Of a stretch of 64,000 nucleotides of DNA, positions 34,172 to 48,676 are shown piece after piece (the stretch's first letter is position 1; each line of letters begins with the position of its first letter). The position numbers and the translations under genes are program-made. The stretch comes from Bugula neritina (lineage: Eukaryota > Animalia > Bryozoa), in assembly GCA_964035545.1 (NCBI GenBank), contig OZ037768.1, forward strand, positions 14,765,675 to 14,829,674. Reading direction: 5' to 3'. The notes under the pieces were generated by a model. The model ran no database searches. It saw nothing but the letters and a program-made list of their open reading frames with translations, and was not told the origin of the DNA.

Positions 34172-37100
34172 TTGAATTATACTGAAATACATCGTAGGAT
34201 ACTGAAATACACTGCAAGATATTGCAACATAATGGAATATATGGTAACCTACTGAAATATGTTGAAAACTACTGAAATATACTGCAACATAATGCAACAT
34301 AATGAAAGATACTGCAACATACTGATATAAACTGCAAGATACTGCAACATACTGAAATACACTGCAACACACTAAGATATACTGTAACATACACAAATTT
34401 ACTGTAACATACTGAAACATGCCGCAGCATTTATAATATACTGCAACAGATTGAAATATACTGCACCATACTGAAATATGCTGTAGCATACTGAAATACA
34501 CTGCAACACACTGAAGTATACTGTAATATACAAAAATGTACTGTAAAATACTGAAATATACTTCAACATACTGAAAACTACCTAAAAATATTGAAACATA
34601 CTGATATACACTGAAACATACTGAAATACACTGCAACACATTGGAATATAATGCAACATACTGAAATATATGGTAACCTACTGAAGTATGTTGCAAACAA
34701 CTGAAATATACTGCAACATACTGAAATACGCCAGAACATACTGAAATACACTGCAACATACTGAAATACACTGTAACAAATTGAAATACACTGCAAGACA
34801 CTGAAATATACTGAAACATACCGAAATATAAGGTAACCTACCGAAATATGTTGCAAACCACTGAAACATACTGCATAATCCTGCAACAAAATGAAATAAA
34901 CGGTAACACTGAAGCATACTGCAATATACTGAAATACACTGTAACATACTAAGACATACTGCAACATACCGAAATATATGGTAACCTACTGAAATATGTT
35001 GCAAACGACTGAAATATACTGCAACATACTGCAACATATTGAAGTATACTGCAACATACTGAAATATACTGCAAGATACTGCAACATACTGAAATACACT
35101 GTAACATACTGAAATACACTGCAACATACTGAAATATACTGCAAGATACTGCAACATACTGAAACACATTGTAAGATACTGAAATGCACTGCAACATAGC
35201 GCAACATACTGCAACGTATTGAAATACACTGTAACATATTGAAAAACACTGCAACACGTTGAAATATACTGCAACATACTGAAATACACTGCAAGATACT
35301 GCAAAACACTGAAATACATTGTGAGATACCTAAATACACTGCAACATACTGCAACATACTGCAACATATTGAAATCCACTGTAACATATTGAAAAACACT
35401 GCAACACATTGAAATATACCGCAACATACCGAAGTATATGGTAGCCTACTGAAATATACTGCGACATACTGAAATACACTGTAACGTACTAAAATACACT
35501 GCAACATACTGAAATACACTGTAACATATTAAAATACACTGCAACCCACTGAAATATACTGAAACATACCGAAATATATGGTAACCCACTGAAATATGTT
35601 GCAAACCACTGAAATAGACTGCAACATACTGCAACATAATGAAGTATACTTCAACAGACTGAAATATACGGCAAGAAACTGCAACACACCGAAATACACT
35701 GTAACATAATGAAGTACACTGCAACATACTGAAATATACTGCATGATACTGCAACATACTGATACACATTGTAAGATACTGAAATACACTGCAACATACC
35801 GCAACATACTTCAACGTATTGAAATACACTGTAACATATTGAAAAACACTGCAATACATTGAAATATACTGCAACATACTGAAACATACGGCAACATACT
35901 GAAATATACCGCGACACATTGAAATATAGTGCAACATACTGAAATATGCTGTAGCATACTGAAATACACTGCAATACACTGAAGTATACTGTAATATACA
36001 GGAACGTACTGTAACATACTGAAACATACGGCAACATACTAAAATATACTGCGACACATTGAAAGATCCTGCAAAATACTGAAATACACTGTAACATACT
36101 GAAATACACTGCAACATACTGAAATATACTCCAAGATACTGCAACATACTGAAACACATTGTAAGATACTGAAATGCACTGCAACATACCGCAACATACT
36201 GCAACGTATTGAAATACACTGTAACATATTGAAAAACACTGCAACACATTGAAATATACTGCAACATACTGAAATATACTGCAAGAGACTGCAAAATACT
36301 GAAATACATTGTGAGATACCTAAATACACTGCAACATACTGAAATACACTGTAACATACTGAAATACACTGCAACATACTGAAATATACTGCAAGATACT
36401 GCTACATACTGAAACACAATGTAAGATACTGAAATGCACTGCAACATACCGCAACATACTGCAACGTATTGAAATACACTGTAACATATTGAAAAACACT
36501 GCAACACATTGAAATATACTGCAACATACTGAAATATACTGCAAGATACTGCAAAATACTGAAATACATTGTGAGATACCTAAATACACTGCAACATACT
36601 GCAACATACTGCAACATATTGAAATACACTGTAACATATTGAAAAACACTGCAACACATTGAAATATACCGCAACATACCGAAGTATATGGTAGCCTACT
36701 GAAATATACTGCGACATACTGAAATGCACTGTAACGTACTAAAATACACTGCAACATACTGAAATACACTGTAACATATTAAAATACACTGCAACACACT
36801 GAAATATACTGAAACATACCGAAATATATGGTAACCCACTGAAATATGTTGCAAACCACTGAAATAGACTGCAACATACTGCAACATAATGAAGTATACT
36901 GCAACAGACTGAAATATACGGCAAGAAACTGCAACACACCGAAATACACTGTAACATACTGAAGTACACTGCAACATACTGAAATATACTGCATGATACT
37001 GCAACATACTGATACGCATGTAAGATACTGAAATACACTGCAACATACCGCAACATACTGCAACGTATTGAAATACACTGTAACATATTGAAAAACACTG

Positions 37101-37206
37101 CAACACATTGAAATATACTGCAACATACTGAAACATACGGCAACATACTGAAATATACTGCGACACATTGAAATATAGTGCAACATACTGAAATATGCTG
37201 TAGCAA
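34100..37206. repeat. Dispersed, more diverged copy of the 3236-bp HOR (matches ~18600-21700, offset 15,498)
   Basis: ORF pairs 18614/34112, 19488/34986 and 20822/36320. It carries the GCCGCAGCATTTATAA module (34421) and the 260-bp duplication. Confidence 0.87.
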
Positions 37207-38335
37207 ACTGAAATACACTGTAACATACTGAAATACACTGCAACATACTGAAATATACTCCAAGATACTGCAACATACTGAAACACATTGTAAGATACTG
37301 AAATGCACTGCAACATACCGCAACATACTGCAACGTATTGAAATACACGGTAACATTTTGAAAAACACTGCAACACATTGAAATATACTGGAACATACTG
37401 AAATATACTGCAAGATACTGCAAAATACTGAAATACATTGTGAGATACCTAAATACACTGCAACATACTGAAATACACTGTAACATACTGAAATACACTG
37501 CAACATACTGAAATATACTGCAAGATACTGCAACATACTGAAACACATTGTAAGATACTGAAATGCACTGCAACATACCGCAACATACTGCAACGTATTG
37601 AAATACACTGTAACATATTGAAAAACACTGCAACACATTGAAATATACTGCAACATACTGAAATATACTGCAAGATACTGCAAAATACTGAAATACATAA
37701 TGAGATACCTAAATACACTGCAACATACTGCAACATACTGCAACATATTGAAATACACTGTAACATATTGAAAAACACTGCAACACATTGAAATATACCG
37801 CAACATACCGAAGTATATGGTAGCCTACTGAAATATACTGCGACATACTGAAATACACTGTAACGTACTAAAATACACTGCAACATACTGAAATACACTG
37901 TTACATATTAAAATACACTGCAACACACTGAAATATACTGAAACATACCGAAATATATGGTAACCCACTGAAATATGTTGCAAACCACTGAAATAGACTG
38001 CAACATACTGCAACATAATGAAGTATACTGCAACAGACTGAAATATACGGCAAGAAACTGCAACACACCGAAATACACTGTAACATACTGAAGTACACTG
38101 CAACATACTGAAATATACTGCATGATACTGCAACATACTGATACACATGTAAGATACTGAAATACACTGCAACATACCGCAACATACTGCAACGTATTGA
38201 AATACACTGTAACATATTGAAAAACACTGCAACACATTGAAATATACTGCAACATACTGAAACATACGGCAACATACTGAAATATACTGCGACACATTGA
38301 AATATAGTGCAACATACTGAAATATGCTGTAGCAT
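36078..38335. repeat. Two tandem copies of a 1129-bp unit
   Basis: ORF pairs 36320/37449, 36696/37825 and 36779/37908. The variant CCAAGATACT occurs at 36131 and 37260. Confidence 0.88.
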
Positions 38336-38946
38336 ACTGAAATACACTGCAATACACTGAAGTATACTGTAATATACAGGAACGTACTGTAACATACTGA
38401 AACATACGGCAACATACTAAAATATACTGCGACACATTGAAAGATCCTGCAACATACTGAAATACACCGTAACATACTAAACTCCACTGCGACATTCTGA
38501 AATACACTGTAACACATTAAAATACACTGCAACACATTGAATTATACTGAAATACATCGTAGGATACTGAAATACACTGCAAGATATTGCAACATAATGG
38601 AATATATGGTAACCTACTGAAATATGTTGAAAACTACTGAAATATACTGCAACATAATGCAACATAATGAAAGATACTGCAACATACTGATATAAACCGC
38701 AAGATACTGCAACATACTGAAATACACTGCAACACACTGAAGTATACTGTAATATACAGAAATGTACTGTAAAATACTGAAATATACTTCAACATACTGA
38801 AAACTACCTAAAAATATTGAAACATACTGATATACACTGAAACATACTGAAATACACTGCAACACATTGGAATATACTGCAACATACCGAAATATATGGT
38901 AACCTACTGAAGTATGTTGCAAACCACTGAAACATACTGCATCATC

Positions 38947-41900
38947 CTGCAACAAAATGAAATATACGGTAACACTGCAGCATACTGCAATATACTGAAA
39001 TATACTGTAACATACTAAGACATACTGCAACATACCGAAAAATATGGTAACCTACTGAAATATGTTACAAACTACTGAAACATACTGCAACATACTGCAA
39101 CATAATGAAATATACTGCAACATAATGAAATATACTGCAACATACTGAAAGATACTGCAAGTTACTGCAAAATACTGAAATACATTGTAAGTTACCTAAA
39201 TACACTGCAACATACTGCAACATACTGCAACATATTGAAATACACGGTAACATATTGAAAAACACTGCAACACATTGAAATATACCGCAACATACCGAAG
39301 TATATGGTAGCCTACTGAAATATGCTGCGACATACTGAAATACACTGTAACGTACTGAAATACACTGCAACATACTGAAATACACTGTAACATATTAAAA
39401 TACACTGCAACACACTGAAATATACTGAAACATACCGAAATACATGGTAACTCACTGAAATATGTTGCAAACCACTGAAATATACTGCAACATACTGCAA
39501 CATAATGAAGTATACTGCAACAGACTGAAATATACTGCAACATACTGAAATACACTGTAACATATTGAAATACACTGCAACACACTGAAATATACTGAAA
39601 CATACCGAAATATATGGTAACCTACTGAAATATGTTGCAAACCACTGAAACATACTGCATCATCCTGCAACAAAATGAAGTATACGGTAACACTGAAGCA
39701 TACTGCAACATACTGTAACATACTAAGACATACTGCAACATACCGAAAAATATGGTAACCTACTGAAATATGTTACAAACTATTGAAATATACTGCAGCA
39801 TACTGCAACATAATGAAATATACTGCAACATACTGAAAGATACTGCAACATACTGAAATACACTATAGAATACCGAAATATACTGCAACATACTGAAATA
39901 TACTGCAAGATACTGCAAAAAACCGAAATACATTGTAAGATACCTAAATACACTGCAACATACTGCAACATACTGCAACATATTGAAATACACTGTAACA
40001 TATTGAAAAACACTGCAACACATTGAAATATACCGCAACATACCGAAGTATATGGTAGCTTACTTAAATATACTGCGACATACTGAAATACACTGTAACG
40101 TACTAAAATACACTGCAACATACTGAAATACACTGTAACATATTAAAATACACTGCAACACACTGAAATATACTGAAACATACCGAAATATATGGTAACC
40201 CACTGAAATATGTTGCAAACCACTGAAATATACTGCAACATACTGCAACATAATGAAGTATACTGCAGCAGACTGAAATATACGGCAAGAAACTGCAACA
40301 CACTGAAATACACTGTAACATACTGAAGTACACTGCAACATACTGAAATATACTGCATGATACTGCAACATACTGATACACATTGTAAGATACTGAAATA
40401 CACTGCAACATACCGCAACATACTGCAACGTATTGAAATACACTGTAACATATTGAAAAACACTGCAACACATTGAAATATACTGCAACATACTGAAACA
40501 TACGGCAACATACTGAAATATACTGCGACACATTGAAATATAGTGCAACATACTGAAATATGCTGTAGCATACTGAAATACACTGCAATACACTCAAGTA
40601 TACTGTAATATACAGAAACGTACTGTAACATACTGAAACATACGGCAACATACTAAAATATACTGCGACACATTGAATCATACTGCAACATACTGAAATA
40701 CACCAAAACATACTAAACTCCACTGCAACATTCTGAAATACACTGTAACACATTGAAATACACTGCAACACAGTGAATTACACTGAAATACATTGTAAGA
40801 TACGGAAACACAATGCAACATACTGCAACATAATGAAATATATGGTAACCTACTGAAATATGTTGAAAACTACTGAAGTATACTGCAACATTATGCAACA
40901 TAATGAAAGATACTGCAATATACTGAAATAAACTGCAAGATACTGCAACATACTGAAATACACTGTAACATACTGAAATACACTGTAACATACTGAAATA
41001 CACTGTAACATATTGAAATACACTGCGACATACTGCAACATACTGAAAAACGCTGTAACATATTGAAATACACTGCAACACATTGAAATATTCCGCAACA
41101 TACCGAAATATATGGTAACCTAATGAGATATACTGTAACACGTTGAAGTACACTGCAACATACTGAAATACACTGCAACACACTAAATTATACTGTAATT
41201 TACAGAAATGTACTGCAACATACTGGAATATACTGCAAGATACTGCAACATACTGAAATACACTGTAACATACTGCAATACACTGCAACATACTGAAATA
41301 TACTGCATGATACTGCAACATACTGATACACATTGTAAGATACTGAAATGCACTGCAACATACTGAAATATACTGCATGATACTGCAACATACTCATACA
41401 CATTGTAAGATACTGAAATACACTGCAACATACTGAAATATACTGCATGATACTGCAACATACTCATACACATTGTAAGATACTGAAATACACTGCAACA
41501 AACCGCAACATACTGCAACGTATTGAAATACACTGTAACATATTGAAAAACACTGCAACACATTGAAATATACTGCAACATACTGAAACATATGGCAACA
41601 TACTGAAATGTACTGCGACACATTGAAATATAGTGCAACATACTGAAATATGCTGTAGCATACTGAAATACACTGCAATACACTGAAGTATACTGTAATA
41701 TACAGAATTGTACTGTAACATACTGAAACATACGGTAACATACTAAAATATACTGCGACACATTGAAATATACTGCAACATACTGAAATACACCGTAACA
41801 TACTGAAATACACTGCAACATACTGAAATACACTGTAACATATTGAAATACACTGCAACACACTGAAATATACTGAAACATACCGAAATATATGGTAACC

Positions 41901-44900
41901 TACTGAAATATGTTGCAAACCACTGAAACATACTGCATCATCCTGCAACAAAATGAAATATACGGTAACACTGAAGCATACTGCAATATACTGAGATATA
42001 CTGTAACATACTAAGACATACTGCAACATACCGAAAAATATGGTAACCTACTGAAATATGTTACAAACTACTGAAACATACTGCAACATACTGCAACATA
42101 ATGAAATATACTGCAACATACTGAAAGATACTGCAACATAATGCAACATACTGAAATACACTATAAAATATTGAAATATACTGCAACATACTGAAATATA
42201 CAGCAAGATACTGCGAAATACTGAAATACATAGTAAGATACCTAAATACACTGCAACATACTGCAACAAAAAGAAATATACGGTAACACTGAAGCATACT
42301 GCAATATACTGAAATATACTGTAACATACTAAGACATACTGCAACATACCGAAAAATATGGTAACCTACTGAAATATGTTACAAACTACTGAAACATACT
42401 GCAACATACTGCAACATAATGAAATATACTGCAACATAATGAAATATACTGCAACATACTGAAAGATACTGCAAGTTACTGCAAAGTACTGAAATACATT
42501 GTAAGTTACCTAAATACACTGCAACATACTGCAACATACTGCAACATATTGAAATACACGGTAACATATTGAAAAACACTGCAACACATTGAAATATACC
42601 GCAACATACCGAAGTATATGGTAGCCTACTGAAATATGCTGCGACATACTGAAATACACTGTAACGTACTGAAATACACTGCAACATACTGAAATACACT
42701 GTAAGCTATTAAAATACACTGCAACACACTGAAATATACTGAAACATACCGAAATATATGGTAACTCACTGAAATATGTTGCAAACCACTGAAATATACT
42801 GCAACACACTGCAACATAACGAAGTATACTGCAACAGACTGAAATATACTGCAACATACTGAAATACACTGTAACATATTGAAATACACTGCAACACACT
42901 GAAATATACTGAAACATACCGAAATATATGGTAACCTACTGAAATATGTTGCAAACCACTGAAACATACTGCATCATCCTGCAACAAAATGAAGTATACG
43001 GTAACACTGAAGCATACTGCAACATACTGTAACATACTAAGACATACTGCAACATACCGAAAAATATGGTAACCTACTGAAATATGTTACAAACTATTGA
43101 AATATACTGCAGCATACTGCAACATAATGAAATATACTGCAACATACTGAAAGATACTGCAACATACTGAAATACACTATAGAATACCGAAATATACTGC
43201 AACATACTGAAATATACTGCAAGATACTGCAAAAAACTGAAATACATTGTAAGATACCTAAATACACTGCAACATACTGCAACATACTGCAACATATTGA
43301 AATACACTGTAACACATTGAAAAACACTGCAACACATTGAAATATACCGCAACATACCGAAGTATATGGTAGCCTACTGAAATATACTGCGACATACTGA
43401 AATACACTGTAACGTACTAAAATACACTGCAACATACTGAAATACACTGTAACATATTAAAATACACTGCAACACACTGAAATATACTGAAACATACCGA
43501 AATATATGGTAACCCACTGAAATATGTTGCAAACCACTGAAATATACTGCAACATACTGCAACATAATGAAGTATACTGCAGCAGACTGAAATATACGGC
43601 AAGAAACTGCAACACACTGAAATACACTGTAACATACTGAAGTACACTGCAACATACTGAAATATACTGCATGATACTGCAACATACTGATACACATTGT
43701 AAGATACTGAAATACACTGCAACATACCGCAACATACTGCAACGTATTGAAATACACTGTAACATATTGAAAAACACTGCAACACATTGAAATATACTGC
43801 AACATACTGAAACATACGGCAACATACTGAAATATACTGCGACACATTGAAATATAGTGCAACATACTGAAATATGCTGTAGCATACTGAAATACACTGC
43901 AATACACTCAAGTATACTGTAATATACAGAAACGTACTGTAACATACTGAAACATACGGCAACATACTAAAATATACTGCGACACATTGAATCATACTGC
44001 AACATACTGAAATACACCAAAACATACTAAACTCCACTGCAACATTCTGAAATACACTGTAACACATTGAAATACACTGCAACACAGTGAATTACACTGA
44101 AATACATTGTAAGATACGGAAACACAATGCAACATACTGCAACATAATGAAATATATGGTAACCTACTGAAATATGTTGAAAACTACTGAAGTATACTGC
44201 AACATTATGCAACATAATGAAAGATACTGCAATATACTGAAATAAACTGCAAGATACTGCAACATACTGAAATACACTGTAACATACTGAAATACACTGT
44301 AACATACTGAAATACACTGTAACATATTGAAATACACTGCGACATACTGCAACATACTGAAAAACGCTGTAACATATTGAAATACACTGCAACACATTGA
44401 AATATTCCGCAACATACCGAAATATATGGTAACCTAATGAGATATACTGTAACACGTTGAAGTACACTGCAACATACTGAAATACACTGCAACACACTAA
44501 ATTATACTGTAATTTACAGAAATGTACTGCAACATACTGGAATATACTGCAAGATACTGCAACATACTGAAATACACTGTAACATACTGCAATACACTGC
44601 AACATACTGAAATATACTGCATGATACTGCAACATACTGATACACATTGTAAGATACTGAAATGCACTGCAACATACTGAAATATACTGCATGATACTGC
44701 AACATACTCATACACATTGTAAGATACTGAAATACACTGCAACATACTGAAATATACTGCATGATACTGCAACATACTCATACACATTGTAAGATACTGA
44801 AATACACTGCAACAAACCGCAACATACTGCAACGTATTGAAATACACTGTAACATATTGAAAAACACTGCAACACATTGAAATATACTGCAACATACTGA

Positions 44901-47126
44901 AACATATGGCAACATACTGAAATGTACTGCGACACATTGAAATATAGTGCAACATACTGAAATATGCTGTAGCATACTGAAATACACTGCAATACACTGA
45001 AGTATACTGTAATATACAGAATTGTACTGTAACATACTGAAACATACGGTAACATACTAAAATATACTGCGACACATTGAAATATACTGCAACATACTGA
45101 AATACACCGTAACATACTGAAATACACTGCAACATACTGAAATACACTGTAACATATTGAAATACACTGCAACACACTGAAATATACTGAAACATACCGA
45201 AATATATGGTAACCTACTGAAATATGTTGCAAACCACTGAAACATACTGCATCATCCTGCAACAAAATGAAATATACGGTAACACTGAAGCATACTGCAA
45301 TATACTGAGATATACTGTAACATACTAAGACATACTGCAACATACCGAAAAATATGGTAACCTACTGAAATATGTTACAAACTACTGAAACATACTGCAA
45401 CATACTGCAACATAATGAAATATACTGCAACATACTGAAAGATACTGCAACATAATGCAACATACTGAAATACACTATAAAATATTGAAATATACTGCAA
45501 CATACTGAAATATACAGCAAGATACTGCGAAATACTGAAATACATAGTAAGATACCTAAATACACTGCAACATACTGCAACAAAAAGAAATATACGGTAA
45601 CACTGAAGCATACTGCAATATACTGAAATATACTGTAACATACTAAGACATACTGCAACATACCGAAAAATATGGTAACCTACTGAAATATGTTACAAAC
45701 TACTGAAACATACTGCAACATACTGCAACATAATGAAATATACTGCAACATAATGAAATATACTGCAACATACTGAAAGATACTGCAAGTTACTGCAAAG
45801 TACTGAAATACATTGTAAGTTACCTAAATACACTGCAACATACTGCAACATACTGCAACATATTGAAATACACGGTAACATATTGAAAAACACTGCAACA
45901 CATTGAAATATACCGCAACATACCGAAGTATATGGTAGCCTACTGAAATATGCTGCGACATACTGAAATACACTGTAACGTACTGAAATACACTGCAACA
46001 TACTGAAATACACTGTAAGCTATTAAAATACACTGCAACACACTGAAATATACTGAAACATACCGAAATATATGGTAACTCACTGAAATATGTTGCAAAC
46101 CACTGAAATATACTGCAACACACTGCAACATAACGAAGTATACTGCAACAGACTGAAATATACTGCAACATACTGAAATACACTGTAACATATTGAAATA
46201 CACTGCAACACACTGAAATATACTGAAACATACCGAAATATATGGTAACCTACTGAAATATGTTGCAAACCACTGAAACATACTGCATCATCCTGCAACA
46301 AAATGAAGTATACGGTAACACTGAAGCATACTGCAACATACTGTAACATACTAAGACATACTGCAACATACCGAAAAATATGGTAACCTACTGAAATATG
46401 TTACAAACTATTGAAATATACTGCAGCATACTGCAACATAATGAAATATACTGCAACATACTGAAAGATACTGCAACATACTGAAATACACTATAGAATA
46501 CCGAAATATACTGCAACATACTGAAATATACTGCAAGATACTGCAAAAAACTGAAATACATTGTAAGATACCTAAATACACTGCAACATACTGCAACATA
46601 CTGCAACATATTGAAATACACTGTAACACATTGAAAAACACTGCAACACATTGAAATATACCGCAACATACCGAAGTATATGGTAGCCTACTGAAATATA
46701 CTGCGACATACTGAAATACACTGTAACGTACTAAAATACACTGCAACATACTGAAATACACTGTAACATATTAAAATACACTGCAACACACTGAAATATA
46801 CTGAAACATACCGAAATATATGGTAACCCTCTGAAATATGTTGCAAACCACTGAAATATACTGCAACATACTGCAACATAATGAAGTATACTGCAACAGA
46901 CTGAAATATACGGCAAGAAACTGCAACACACTGAAATACACTGTAACATACTGAAGTACACTGCAACATACTGAAATATACTGCATGATACTGCAACATA
47001 CTGATACACATTGTAAGATACTGAAATACACTGCAACATACCGCAACATACTGCAACGTATTGAAATACACTGTAACATATTGAAAAACACTGCAACACA
47101 TTGAAATATACTGCAACATACTGAAA
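38947..47126. repeat. 3314-bp higher-order repeat, about 2.5 tandem copies (38947-42260, 42261-45574, 45575-47126)
   Basis: ORF series 39065/42379/45693, 40060/43374/46688, 40713/44027 and 41394/44708 are all offset by 3314. Confidence 0.93.
41281..41500. repeat. 70-bp (7-monomer) unit in three tandem copies (also at ~44595-44814 and ~50215-50430)
   Basis: TACTGCATGA...CATTGTAAGA recurs at 41301, 41371 and 41441. Confidence 0.9.
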
Positions 47127-47726
47127 TATACTGCGACACATTGAAATATAGTGCAACATACTGAAATATGCTGTAGCATACTGAAATACACTGCAATACA
47201 CTAAAGTATACTGTAATATACAGATTCGTACTGTAACATACTGAAACATACGGCAACATACTAAAATATACTGCGACACATTGAAAAATACTGCAACATA
47301 CTGAAATACACCGTAACATACTAAACTCCACTGCGACATTTTTAAATACACTGTAACACATTAAAATACACTGCAACACATTGAATTATACTGAAATACA
47401 TTGTAGGATACTGAAATACACTGCAAGATATTGCAACATAATGGAATATATGGTAACCTACTGAAATATGTTGAAAACTACTGAAATATACTGCAACATA
47501 ATGCAACATAATGAAAGATACTGCAACATACTGATATAAACTGCAAGATACTGCAACATACTGAAATACACTGCAACACACTGAAGTATACTGTAATATA
47601 CAGAAATGTACTGTAAAATACTGAAATATACTTCAACATACTAAAAACTACCTAAAAATATTGAAACATACTGATATACACTGAAACATACTGAAATACA
47701 CTGCAACACATTGGAATATACTGCAA

Positions 47727-48676
47727 CATACTGAAATATATGGTAACCTACTGAAGTATGTTGCAAACAACTGAAATATACTGCAACATACTGAAATACA
47801 GCGTAACATACTGAAATACACTGCAACATACTGAAATACACTGTAACATATTGAAATACACTGCAACACACTGAAATATACTGAAACATACCGCAATATA
47901 TGGTAACCTACTGTAATATGTTGCAAACCACTGAAACATACTGCATCATCCTGCAACAAAATGAGATATACGGTAACACTGAAGCATACTGCAATATACT
48001 GAGATATACTGTAACATACTAAGACATACTGCAACATACCGAAAAATATGGTAACCTACTGAAATATGTTACAAACTACTGAAACATACTGCAACATACT
48101 GCAACATAATGAAATATACTGCAACATACTGAAAGATACTGCAACATAATGCAACATACTGAAATACACTATAGAATATTGAAATATACTGCAACATACT
48201 GAAATATACAGCAAGATACTGCGAAATACTGAAATACATAGTAAGATACCTAAATACACTGCAACATATTGCAACATACTGCAACATATTGAAATACACT
48301 GTAACATATTGAAAAACACTGCAACACATTGAAATATACCGCAACACACCAAAGTATATGGTAGCCTACTGAAATATACTGTGACATACTGAAATACACT
48401 GTAACGTATTGAAATACACTGCAACATACTGAAATACACTGTAACATATTAAAATACACTGCAACACACTGAAATATACTGAAACATACTGAAATACGCC
48501 GTAACATACTGAAATACACTGCAACATACTGAAATACACTATAACAAATTGAAATACACTGCAACACACTGAAATATACTGAAACATACTGAAATATAAG
48601 GTAACCTACTGAAATATGTTGAAAACTACTGAAATATACTGCAACATAATGCAACATAATGAAAGATACTGCAACA
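47727..48676. repeat. About 950-bp segment duplicated at 51541-52490 (offset 3814)
   Basis: ORF pairs 47748/51562, 48056/51870 and 48366/52180. Shared variants are ACAGCGTAAC and AAAATGAGAT. Confidence 0.85.
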
